DNA of 64,000 nt from NCBI GenBank assembly GCA_020137815.1, contig CM035356.1, positions 1,240,001 to 1,304,000 of the forward strand, given 5' to 3'. Within the stretch, counting starts at the first letter, position 1. Each line of letters starts with the position of its first letter. This document shows, piece after piece, positions 1 through 12,884 of this stretch. The DNA comes from Hormiphora californensis. Taxonomy: Eukaryota > Animalia > Ctenophora. The notes under the pieces were generated by a model. It saw only the letters and a program-made list of their open reading frames with translations. It had not been told where the DNA came from and did no database searches. The position numbers and the translations under genes were made by a program.

Positions 1-1187
1 TGTGGCTGTGATGAGCTGTCGAGGTGAGAGGACATGTAGATTTCATGGGTGTAAAGTAACTGTGAAAGTTGTGTTTTCTCCTTTTGGTCGGGATACGAAC
101 TGAATAGGGTTTTATTGTAGAACAACGCTACGTTCTACAATATGATATCAAAATTAAAACCCGTCTAATACTCTAGTACTCATTTCATAAAGCTGGTCAG
201 TGGTCCAGATCCGGCCGGAAGGAGAAAACACAGCTTCCTCGTTAATTATGCGGCTAATCAACAATTTTCTCTCAATAGCTGAGAAACTGATACTGATAGT
301 TCCCATAATTTATGTGAAAAATGCGGATCTGTGTGTTATATGTATAATTATCAATTGCCTGATTACCATGCTATTCATTATCATATTTTTAATTTTGTTA
401 CCTTATTTATAAAACTAAAAGATGTTTATAATTTGACTCCCTACACTGGCGAAAAAAGGAAGATGCTACTGGTTCAATGTTTCAAACATTGTTTGGTCAT
501 GTCATGTTTTTGTTCATCAGCAAGCTGCCGTCTGCCCTGTTAAATTGACGCCAGGGCGCGAATGTTTGTCTGTTTGTCTGTGACTTGAAGGGAGAAACGG
601 CTGACGCGGAGATCAACTCTGTGGGAATTTCGCGCGAGATTTCACGGCGCGCACGTCGTATGAAAGGTCGAGCACAAGGTCTGACCAGTCACGTGACCAC
701 TGCGCGTCGTTGAACCGCCGTTGAGCCGCAGCGCGAAAAAAAGTGCTGACATTGACCGGACCTTGTGCTCGACCTTGTGCTCGACCTTCATGTGCTCGAC
801 CTGAACATTTCCGAGTATGCTCATCGTTTTGGTGCTTTTGTTTTTTTGTTCCCCCCCTCCCCCCCACCGTTTGGGTGGTCTAGAGCCCAGGGCGCTATTT
901 CCTGTAAATTTCACAAGAAAATCAGCTCACCTTTTCTTATTTTTTTGCGTCTTACTCTTTTTGCTGAATTTTTCCGTTTTTTGGCGAGTTTTTCCATTTT
1001 CTTCTCTTATCTTCTCTCATCCATAAATAAAAAAATAAATCTCGTCCAAAAGTGGGTCTTGAACCGGGGACCCACTGGACTCAGTCTTTCTTCGCCCCTG
1101 CTAGAACATAAAGGGTAGAGTCATTTTAATTTTAAGTGCAAGGTACTTATTTGGCAGTGTGTGCCTGTAAAGGGACCTAACATGTGT

Positions 1188-1250
1188 CTACCCTAAATTC
1201 AGACCTACCCTAAATTCAGACCTACCCTAAATTCAGACCAACCCTAAATT
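1188..1250. repeat. 17-bp tandem repeat (CTACCCTAAATTCAGAC), about 4 copies
   Basis: Seen directly in the sequence. Confidence 0.85.
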
Positions 1251-1506
1251 CTGTTGAAGTTCTACCGACCCGCCAATGCAAACATACATATCGCAAGGGC
1301 GCCCATTTGAGTTAGGTGAGATTAAAATCTCAAATCTGAGTACCTCGAAGCCTGTGCTACACTGAAACCGATTTTTTCTTTCAATCGGATAACGCCATGC
1401 AACAACATGGCAAATTTTAGTAAACTAAGCTGTATCTTGTGGAGTGCACGTTTTTGACGGCCACAGCAATACATGGAACTAAAGCACAATCCAAATTTGT
1501 TTAAAA

Positions 1507-4500
1507 TAAGGCCATTTGCCAAAGAGTTTATTGGGTCTCGTGGCTGTCGTCTGTTCACAATTGTGAGTAATGGACTGATGGCCTAACATGTATTGTTTGA
1601 TGGCATATATAATTTCACTCTACCCGAGAGATTTATCTTCAATCTCTATTTTCTCCCCTAACGAAGCTGTCAGTAAAACTTCGAGGAGAGAAATATAAAT
1701 CGTGTTTAAGCAATATGTCAAATATATAGGAGCTTATAATGAGGCCGGCCTCATCTCCTTGAAGAGAGGGATTGCTCCTCAAAAAGCACATTAACTTAAT
1801 AACTAGTTTTTATCCGTTTTCAATTCCTAGTGGTTTTAATAAAATAGCTTACTTATAATTGCTACTTTAATAGCTCTTCTGCTAGGCTATGCTTGGTGTA
1901 CTTAGATTGCAAAACCTCCACCAACTGGTTATGCTTAACAAGAATAACTGCATTATGTTTCATAATGCTATGTTTCCCCGCCAACCTTTATTTTGATAAC
2001 CATCTAATGTGAAGGCGGGACAGACATTTCCGATCATTTATGAATCACTCAAACCGTATACAGTATAGAACAAATCTTTGTGTTTTAGTAAAATTAAATT
2101 GAGCGGCTCACATCTCCTGAAAACGTGCCATTGAAGTATTTGATGAAGGAGCAACACCGTTGTCCCTCGCAACTAATTGGGTTACGTCACGGGACAAAAA
2201 AGCGTGACACTTCACTAGTATGTAAAATTGTCGAATTCTAAACCCCTATGCCTTTTTACAAAAGGCATCCGGGTGAATACCTTCGGCATTCACCGGGCGG
2301 GGAAAAATATTTATATATTTCTGCAGCGGTTTAGAACGGAATAATTTTCCTCAAATAATTTATTCTCTCCCCCATGTAGCCAATAGGTCATGAGAAGAGG
2401 CGATCTGATCGCCGAACCAAATGTCAGACCAATCCACAGATCCCGATAATGGTACGTCCCCCACCCTCCCCCATTATAAACACATTGAACCCTTGAACCT
2501 TTTTACCAGTAACACTTTATCTAGCCATGACTTGTACTTTTAACCCATAAAATATGCCGGTAAGTTTGTGCTCTCTTGCATGCTTTTCTATAATTCCTTC
2601 GTGATTATCTTGACACACACCCAATCACATAATAAACATATTTCTTTCTGTTGTGATTATTATGATGCTCCTTTTCTCTCTCATCATGCATAATTTGTAG
2701 TTCAAATGAAGGCTGCAAAGCTGCAAGTGACAAATTAATCCTTTGTGTGTGAAGCAATTTGACCTCGTTCAATAATATATTGAGAATATCTTCGTGTCTA
2801 ATGAATAGCTTCAAAACCGTTGTGTATAGATCTTGCCAGTGAACTGTTCTCTCCTGCACTATTATACACCTTCTGTAACCACCCTAATCTAATCTAATCC
2901 TTGTACCCCAGGAACGGATCCAATTTTAATTACAGCAGTTGTCTTTGCGGGTTGCTCTTTGGTCATCATCGTAGGTTGGCCATGTGCTGGAAATCAGCGC
3001 TGTCCCCCCCAAAAAAAACACACGATAAAACAGTAAAGTACATGATAATTATAATTTTTGAGATGTTTATGAGTTACGACGGGGTAAGGGGTTACGACTG
3101 AAGCTGACAATACCCCCGTAATAGAGAGCTCTAGAACAGTCTCTATAGAGATTAGAGGCATTACTTTTATGAAAGACAGTTACATGATCCACTCTCTTGT
3201 GATGCCTTTTAACATCTATCCCGATTCCCGCATAACGTCATTTTTCAATCGCAAATTTAACCTCTCTTTATGAACTTTTTAAATTCCCTGATAATAGCTG
3301 TCATCTTTTTTAAATGGAAGCAATAAACCAATCAAACCAGGGTCACGAACAAATATGAAGTGTTACGCACAATTAATATGTTTCGTGCGCTTTGAAACTG
3401 GATTATAATTTATCGTGTATTAATTATCTGTGAGGAGTTAAAAAGGGAGATGAATGACAGGTCCGCACTCGGTGTGTCTTACTATCAGTTATCGCCATGT
3501 AAGGAGCTTTAAGTGAGCCTGACATTGATGAGACTGTCATGTGCCTTGATCCCTGATTTAGTTCAGTTCAGTTCAAGAATTTGTGAAAACACAGGATACA
3601 TTAAAATAATAAGCCTCCTAAAAACACACGGTCAGCTCAGCGAACATAAAATCACACAAGAATGTTACGAGCACCACTCCAATATTGAGTTGCTGTTGGC
3701 TTGAGCAGGGTAACCGTGACAGGGGGTGTGTCAGGAAAAGTGGAGAGAAAACTACCCAACGAGATTTGAACTGGTGAAGAGTTGAAGCCTCTTTTACAGT
3801 TCGTGGAAGAATATTCCACAACCTAGACTAGTACCGCAAATGACTGTTCATACAATGAAAGGTTAGATCGTTGGGCTTCATATGAATAACGCGGGACGAT
3901 AGCTCTTGGGCAGAGCGGTGCGTATCAGCGAAGGTCATAGCAGTATGTTAGGTATCTCGTTGTTATACACTTTCCAAACAAGGATGGCAGTGTACCTTTC
4001 CCGACGGCGTTGAAGTGACAAAAGTCCCAAAGTTGAAGACGTTGCCAGTAATCCAACCCCTTGAGACCAGCAATCTTGCGAGTGTAGGATCGCTGGATCT
4101 CCTCAAAACGACTGATATCCCCGATTTTAGTAGGTGACCACAGTGTGCAGCAGTAGCTCATGGGGACGCACTAGTGACTTGTAAAGAGTCATCATGGTGC
4201 GGCGAGTTCTGGATCTGAAGGCACTTGTGTCCATCCAGCAACCCGACTAGCCGTGGAGACTACACGAGATATTTGGGCCGACCATTGCCCATCACTCGAG
4301 AGTACAACACCTAAATCACGCACAGTGTCGAAGGTCGATGAACTCCATCAGAGAGTTGATAGGAATAGTTCTCAGCACTGAACGGTAGTTCTCTGAGAGA
4401 ATTGGTTTGATTCAGCGTATAGTTCATGACCTCGAACTTGGACTGGTGCAAGACATGTTTTGTAGCTTCCGCCCCGGTTATCACACTGTATAGATCCTTT

Positions 4501-7500
4501 GTAGGTTCAGTTTGTCAACCATAGTCCGGTAGCAGAGAATATTTTGGTGTCATCAGCGAACGACAGTGAAGAACCGTGTTGATTACGGATTCCAAGTCAA
4601 TTACGTAGATCAAAAATAGTAGTGGGCCGAGCACAGTACCTTGTGGGACACCGCTTCTGACCTCTGCAAGGAAGATGATGTGCCGTCGACTAAAACCGTT
4701 TGTTTCCGGTCTAGCAAGAAGCTGCGGATCCATTCAAGGAGTTTGCCCTTAACTCCATCTTCTGCAGTTTTTCGAGTAGCACACCGATGTCAACTTTATC
4801 AAACGCCTTCTCGAAGTCCAAGTAGATTACATCCACTTCAAGAAGGTCGTTGAGATTGTTCAGAATATTGTCAATGTGACGAGTGAGTTGGGATAAGCAG
4901 CTCTCTTGCTTCTAAACCCATGCTGAGACTCGTTGAACAAATTCTTGATTCAAAGTATGACACCATTTGAGATCTTACAACCCTTTCAAAGTCTGGCAAT
5001 GTGGTGGTTAGTGAGATCGGGCGGTAGTTTTCAGCTTTCATTTTAGGACCCTTTTGTAAAGTGGCGCAATGTACTGAAGTTTCAGACAGGGTGGTACAAT
5101 ACCAGAATCAAACGATTTGGCCCATAAGATGGATAGGGGGTAGGACAGCGATGATCGGCAGTCACGCAGAATTCGGCAGGTATATCTCCTGGGGGGCGGC
5201 TGATAAGGATTGAGTTCATACAGTGCCTTTTCAATATCGGTGGCGGAGAATACGATGTCTGAGAGGCTGCATGTAGAAGGAGTAATGTTGTTGCAGCTGC
5301 TGAAGGGGAGTTTGAAGGAGGTGTGTGTGTGTGTGTTGTTTTGCACCGCCCGTCATTCCTCCCACTTTACTGCCCCACAATGGTCGGCAGACAACCTATA
5401 TTAATATCACTCTTCGCCACGTCCCCCACACGTAGGGATAATGTGTGATGGTTCGGTTTGGGTCCTGGTATTTTGTTGAGCAAGCTCAACATTTCCCTCG
5501 AACCTTCGCCGGCATCACAGAAGAGCCTTTGATACAGTGAATCTAATATTAGACTGACATACCTATGTTGTCAGGACAATGGATGGAATTTACCTGTCTC
5601 ACAGACTGGTCTTTGGTTACTACTGCTCCAGGGAGCTGTAGAGGTAGGTGGGTTGGGATATGACAATACCGTGGGTTCACCATCTAATCGGTGACGGCTG
5701 AAATATCTTATCACACCTCAGGTCTTTGGTCAAAACCGCTAGCAGTACTTATCAGCATGCAACCTGGGGGTCCGGACAGTAATTTCTTAGGAACACAGAT
5801 AAGCATGAAAAACGCTTATGTAAAATTTGGTGAGCATTTGGCAAATTATCAGCTCCCAGGGGTTGCAATTGCGGGGTAATTACTTGCCAACGGCGGAGGT
5901 GGCCCTTTGTTATGGCCCAGAACTGCCCTACCTTAATATTGGGACCCTTATGATGTGGTTTTGTGGAATTCCCCGGCCGTAGCGATTCTTGCCTGTGTAT
6001 GTACTTCTTTCAGATCGGGATGGTTGGGGATGGTTTATTCGAATAGGTTACTTCTGTATACTAATTTGGAGAATTTGTGCAGATCCAGTGTGTTGCTGGG
6101 AGTGAGAATGTTGTTGATGATATTGGTAGTCGAGTTTGTATCGTAGCTCATCTAGGTCTGGGCAGTGGAGGAGCTGTGGTTCCGCATTCTTTGACTTTGC
6201 AAAGTCACAGAGGTTGGATATGGATTTGTTTGTTTGAGATGGCGCTGTTTAGGTTGTTTTGTCGGAGATTGCCCGGGTTAGACTTCTGAGGTATGGTTTT
6301 TGAGAGAAGTTTAGTTTGGGGTGGTCTCTGATGAGTTGTTAGAGCAGCGTGGTTGTCCAGTTGGAGTAATGGCCTTCTCGATTTGTTTTATGAATTTCTT
6401 TGTGCAGTCTTCTTTCATTAGCGATATGAGTTGGGTTTTGGTTAGGCCGAAGGGGTTTGCGGTGTTAAGACTGTCTTTGGTTGCTCTTTTGGCGATTAGG
6501 TCCGCGGCCTCGTTACCGGGGATGTTGGAGTGGGCTTTAACCTTTGAATTGTTACATTGTTGTAGATTTGTAGTTTATGGAGGTTGTTGATTGTGGAAAT
6601 TAACTGGTTCGGTTTGTCTGTCCCTTCACAAGATTAGTTAGGTGGGTTTGGAATCTGTATGTATGGTAATGTTCATGTACTTGGTGCATAACTCAGTAAA
6701 TTGATGGCTACCATATTTATTGCTTGAAGTTCAGCTTGGTTGATTGTGTTGATTGGGGAAAGAGTTTGGATTATAATTTTGTACGAGGTATCGTACAATA
6801 TTATGGCTCCGGCACCGTGACTGGGCGGGTTGGTGTCCATTTTTGAACCGTCAGTATATATTTCGATATTTCCGTTTGTGAATATTTGGTTTTTCGGAGA
6901 AATGGATAAGTTGGGTGGAAGTAATGTCCAGGTCTGAACCCGGGTTTAGGTGGCGCAAGTAGTTTTCTATGTCTTTGGAGGGGGTGAGTTGGCTCTTGTA
7001 CCGTGGTTTGGGTCTGACCACCAGTTGTTGTTGCTAATGAGGTGGAGTAGTTGTTAATTCTTTCTTTGTTTAAGAGAAAGACAAGAGGCTTACACCGGCG
7101 AGCTTAGTCAGTGTTGCTGACTGAGTATGTTTATGGCCGCCTGTGATCTTACGGTTGACGGCGTTTTGGACCGTTTGCATCTTTTGGAGTGCGGTTTGGT
7201 TATTCAGGATCGTGTGACCCCAGATACCGCCTGCGTATAATAGATTTGGATAATATCTGGTTGTGGACGTGTCTGGCTTGGTCCAGGGTTAGCCCCCAAT
7301 GTTTGTGATGAGGAAGTTTAAGGGGCGGGCAGCTGCCTTGGTTTTAGTAATTTTTTGTTGTGTGCGTTTTGTAATTTAGATTTTGTCTAGGTCGACGCTA
7401 GATAGGGGGCAAATGGTTTTATGGGGAGTTGTTCGTTGCCCAGTTGGATGTGTTTAGAGAGATTTTTTGGTGTGGTGTTGTGGAAAGCAACTAAGTTAGT

Positions 7501-8263
7501 TTTTGTGGGTACTTAGTTTTAGGCCTTGTTTGTGTACCCATTCTGTTAAGATTTTCATTTGTTCGACAATTATGTCGTGCATGGTGACGTTAAGGTCGGG
7601 GCCAGTAATAATTATAACAATGTCATCCGCGTATAGTATGATAAGGTTGAGGTCGCAGCAGGTGAATTGGATTGTGTTCATGCATAAGTTCCAGAGGAGT
7701 GGAGATAGGATACCCCCTTGGGGGGTGCCTCTGTGGATTTGTTGCTCTAGCCATTCCCCACCTAATTCAAGGATTACAGTTCTATTTCTGAGGGAGTGAC
7801 TGATCCATTCGAATAGTTCAGTTGGTAATTTTATCTTATCTAAACCTCGCTCTAGCGCAGTGAAAGATACTCTGTCGAAGGCGCCTTCGACGTCTACGAA
7901 AGCCCCGAGGCGTATTGTTTGTCAGCGAGCGCGTTTCTATCCTGCTAGTAAGATCGTGATCGCGGGATATGGTTGATTTACCTTACGGAAACCATGTTGG
8001 TTGTCGATTAGTTTCATGTTAATTTTGAGGTCGTCGGGAGAAAGATTAGTAGACCTCTTTCCATGAGTTTGAGAATGTTTGACGACAACAGATGATGCGG
8101 TAACTCTTGGGGTAGTGTAATTGACTTACCTGGTTTTGGATGATGACGCCCTTGCTCTTCAGCCAAGTTCCGGTTTCAACCTGCAGGTGAGGGTGTTAGC
8201 ATGAAGAGGCGTAATTTATGGGAGATATGTCCCATGTATCGATTAACATGCCGTACTGATCTT
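1507..8263. repeat. Degraded tandem copy of 8325-15152 (unique flank, CR1-like RT segment, and 3' half of the inner LINE)
   Basis: Both copies start TAAGGCCATTTGCCAAA and run colinearly to CCG(T)TACTGATCTT. This copy carries many 1-2 nt indels that break every ORF, and a ~60-nt unrelated junction lies at 8264-8324. Confidence 0.92.
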
Positions 8264-9715
8264 CTCACTACGGCCAGGGGGATGTGAGTGGGTGATACAA
8301 AGCCCCGGTTCCTTTGCAGTCAGTTAAGGCCATTTGCCAAAAGAGGTATTGGTCTCGTGGCGTCGTCTGTTCACAATTGTGAGTAATGGACTGATGCCCT
8401 AACATGTATTGTTTGATGGCATATATAATTTCACTCTACCCGAGAGATTTATCTTCAATCTCTATTTTCTCCCCTAACGAAGCTGTCAGTAAAACTTCGA
8501 GGAGAGAAAATATAATCGTGTTTAAGCAATATGTCAAATATTAGGAGCTTATAATGAGGCCGGCCTCATCTCCTTGAAGAGAGGGATTCTCCTCAAAAAG
8601 CACATTAACTTAATAACTAGTTTTTATCCGTTTTCAATTCCTATGGTTTAATAAAATAGCTTACTTATAATTGCTACTTTAATAGCTCTTCTGCTAGGCT
8701 ATGCTTGGTGTACTTAGATTGCAAAACCTCCACCAACTGGTTAGGCTTAACAAGAATACTGCATTATGTTTCATAATGCTATGTTTCCCCGCCAACCTTT
8801 ATTTTGATAACCATCTAATGTGAAGGCGGGACAGACATTCCGATCATTTATGAATCACTCAAACCGTATACAGTATAGAACAAATCTTTGTGTTTTAGTA
8901 AAATTAAATTGAGCGGCTCACATCTCCTGAAAACGTGCCATTGAAGTATTTGATGAAGGAGCAACACCGTTGTCCCTCGCAACTAATTGGGTTACGTCAC
9001 GGGACAAAAAAGCGTGACACTTCACTAGTATGTAAAATTGTCGAATTCTAAACCCCTATCCTTTTACAAAAGGCATCCGGGTGAATACCTTCGGCATTCA
9101 CCGGGCGGGAAAAATATTTATATATTTCTGCAGCGGTTTAGAACGGAATAATTTTCCTCAAATAATTTATTCTCTCCCCCATGTAGCCAATAGGTCATGA
9201 GAGAGGCGATCTGATCGCCGAACCAAATGTCAGACCAATCCACAGATCCCGATAATGGTACGTCCCCCACCCTCCCCATTATAAACACATTGAACCCTTG
9301 AACCTTTTTACCAGTAACACTTTATCTAGCCATGACTTGTACTTTTAACCATAAAATATGCCGGTAAGTTTGTGCTCTCTTGCATGCTTTTCTATAATTC
9401 CTTCGTGATTATCTTGACACACACCCAATCACATAATAAACATATTTCTTTCTGTTGTGATTATTATGATGCTCCTTTTCTCTCTCATCATGCATAATTT
9501 GTAGTTCAAATGAAGGCTGCAAAGCTGCAAGTGACAAATTAATCCTTTGTGTGTGAAGCAATTTGACCTCGTTCAATAAATATTGAGAAATATCTTCGTG
9601 TCTAATGATATAGCTCTCAAACCGTTGTGTATAGTATCTTCCAGTGAACTTTCTCTCCCTGCATTTATACACCTCTGTAACCCCCCTAATCTATCTAATC
9701 CCTTGTTACCCTCAG

Positions 9716-9827
9716 GAACGGATCCAATTATAATTACAGCAGTTGTCTTTGCGGTTGTTCTCTTTGTCATCATCGTACTGTTGGCCATGTGCTGGAAATT
9801 CAGGAGCAAAAAACACCACGATAAAAA
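9716..9827 (+). CDS. Transmembrane exon of a single-pass membrane protein (degraded copy near 2912-3033)
   Basis: Acceptor CCCTCAG| and donor |GTAAGT flank (G)TDPIIITAVVFAVVLFVIIVLLAMCWKFRSKKHHDK, a hydrophobic helix followed by basic stop-transfer residues. Confidence 0.65.
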
Positions 9828-10356
9828 GTAAGTCATTGAATAATTATATTTTGAGATGTTTTATGAGTTACGACGGGGTAAGGGGTTACGACTGACAGCT
9901 GACAATACCCCCGTAATAGAGAGCTCTAGAACAGTCTCTATAGAGATTAGAGGCATTACTTTTATGAAATGACAGTTACATGATCCACTCTCTTTGTGAT
10001 GCCTTTTAACATCTATCCCGATTCCCGCATAACGTCATTTTTCAATCGCAAATTTAACCTCTCTTTATGAACTTTTTAAATTCCCTGATAATAGCTGTCA
10101 TCTTTTTTAAATGGAAGCAATAAACCAATCAAACCAGGGTCACGAACAAATATGAAGTGTTACGCACAATTAATATGTTTCGTGCGCTTTGAAACTGGAT
10201 TATAATTTATCGTGTATTAATTATCTGTGAGGAGTTAAAAAGGGAGATGAATGACAGGTCCGCACTCGGTGTGTCTTACTATCAGTTATCGCCATGTAAG
10301 GAGCTTTAAGTGAGCCTGACATTGATGAGACTGTCATGTGCCTTGATCCCTGATTT

Positions 10357-12157
10357 AGTTCAGTTCAGTTCAAGAATTTGTGAAAACACAGGATACATTA
10401 AAATAATAAGCCTCCTAAACACACGGTCAGCTCAGCGAACATAAAATCACACAAGAATGTTACGAGCACCACTCCAATATTGAGTTGCTGTTGGCTTGAG
10501 CAGGGTAACCGCTGACAGGGGGTGTGTCAGGAAAAGTGGAGAGAAAACTACCCAACTGAGATTTGAACTGGTGAAGAGTTGAAGCCTCTTTTACAGTTCG
10601 TGAAGAATATTCCACAACCTAGCACCTAGTACCGCAAATGACTGTTCATACAATGAAAGGTTAGATCGTTGGGCTTCATATGAATAACGCGGGACGATAG
10701 CTCTTGGGCCAGAGCGGTGCGTATCAGCGAAGGTCATAGCAGTACTGTTAGGTATCTCGTTGTTATACACTTTCCAAACAAGGATGGCAGTGTACCTTTC
10801 CGACGGCGTTGAAGTGACAAAAGTCCCAAAGTCTGAAGCGTTGCCAGTAATCCAACCCCTTGAGACCAGCAATCTTGCGAGTGTAGGATCGTCCCCGCCC
10901 TGACGCTGGATCTCCTCAACACGACTGATATCCCCGATTTTAGTAGGTGACCACAGTGTGCAGCAGTAGTCTAGATGGGGACGCACTAGTGACTTGTAAA
11001 GAGTCATCATGGTGCGGCGAGTTCTGGATCTGAAGGCACTTAGTGTCCATCCAGCAACCCGACTAGCCGTGGAGACTACACGAGATATTTGGGCCGACCA
11101 TTGCCCATCACTCGAGAGTACAACACCTAAATCACGCACAGTGTCTGAAGGGTCGATGAACCTTCCATCAGAGAGTTGATAGGAATAGTTCTCAGCACTG
11201 AACGGTAGTTCTCTGAGAGAATTGGTTTGATTCAGCGTATAGTTCATGACCTCGAACTTGGACTGGTGCAAGGACATGTTGTTAGCTTCCGCCCAGGTTA
11301 TCACACTGTATAGATCCTTTTGTAGGTTCAGTTTGTCAACCATAGTCCGGATAGCAGAGAATATTTTGGTGTCATCAGCGAACGACAGTGAAGAACCGTG
11401 TTTGATTACGGATTCCAAGTCAATTACGTAGATCAAAAATAGTAGTGGGCCGAGCACAGTACCTTGTGGGACACCGCTTCTGACCTCTGCAAAGGAAGAT
11501 GATGTGCCGTCGACTAAAACCGTTTGTTTCCGGTCTAGCAAGAAGCTGCGGATCCATTCAAGGAGTTTGCCCTTAACTCCATATCTCTGCAGTTTTTCGA
11601 GTAGCACACCGATGTCAACTTTATCAAACGCCTTCTCGAAGTCCAAGTAGATTACATCCACTTCAAGAAGGTCGTTGAGATTGTTCAGAATATTGTCAAT
11701 GTGACGAGTGAGTTGGGATAAGCAGCTCCTCTTGCTTCTAAACCCATGCTGAGACTCGTTGAACAAATTCTCTGATTCAAAGTATGACACCATTTGAGAT
11801 CTTACAACCCTTTCAAAAGTCTTGGCAATGTGGCTGGTTAGTGAGATCGGGCGGTAGTTTTCAGCTTTCATTTTAGGACCCTTTTTGTAAAGTGGCGCAA
11901 TGTACTGAAGTTTCAGACAGGGTGGTACAATACCAGAATCAAACGATTTGGCCCATAAGATGGATAGGGGGTAGGACAGCGATGATCGGCAGTCACGCAG
12001 AATTCTGGCAGGTATATCTCCTGGTGGGCCGGCTGAATAAGGATTGAGTTCATACAGTGCCTTTTCAATATCGGTGGCGGAGAATACGATGTCTGAGAGG
12101 CTGCATGTAGAAGGAGTAATGTTGTCTGCAGCTGCTGAAGGGGAGTTTGAAGGAGTG
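10357..12157 (-). mobile_element. 3' part of a CR1/L2-group LINE (reverse transcriptase and 3' end)
   Basis: ORF 10591-11871 has NYRPISLTS, YLDFEKAFDKV, GVPQGTVLGPLLF and FADDTK. A (TGAAC)3 tail lies at 10357-10371. A 14-nt insertion near 10892, absent from the duplicate copy, shifts the frame. Confidence 0.93.
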
Positions 12158-12884
12158 TGTGTGTGTGTGTGTGTTTTGCACCGCCCGTCATTCCTCCCAC
12201 TTTACTGCCCCACAATGGTCGGCAGACAACCTATATTAATATCACTCTTCGCCACCGTCCCCCACACGTAGGGATAATGTTGATGTTGTTCCGGTTTGGG
12301 TCCTGGTATTTTGTTGAGCAAGCTCAACATTTCCCTCGAACCTTCGCCGGCATCACAAGAAGAGCCTTTGATACAGTGAATCTAATATTAGACTGACATA
12401 CCTATGTTGTCAGGACAATGGATGGAATTTACCTGTCTCACAGACTGGTCTTTGGTTACTACTGCTCCAGGGAGCTGTAGAGGTAGGTGGGTTGCCGGAT
12501 ATGACAATACCGTGGGTTCACCATCTAATCGGTGACGGCTGAAATATCTTATCACACCTCAGGTCTTTGGTCAAAACCGCTAGCAGTACTTATCAGCATG
12601 CAACCTGGGGGTCCGGACAGCTAATTTCTTAGCAAGCACAGATAAGCATGAAAAACGCTTATGTAAACTTCTGGTGAGCATTTGGCAAATTATCAGCTCC
12701 CAGGGGTTGCACTATTGCGGGGTAATTACTTGCCATACGGCGGAGGTGGCCCTTTGTTATGGCCCAGAACTGCCCTACCTTAATATTGGGACCCTTATGA
12801 TGTGGTTTTGTGGAATTCCCCGGCCGTAGCGATTCTTGCCCTGTGGTATGCTACTTCTTTCAGATCGGGATGGTTGGGGATGGT

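Noticed and set aside
9409-9672. Minus-strand 87-aa ORF (copy at 2605-2859)
   Set aside because: No recognisable motif or splice support. It recurs only because of the duplication.
12520-12700. Hammerhead ribozyme in the LINE 3' UTR (CTGATAA cores)
   Set aside because: No properly placed GAAA or closing stems were found.
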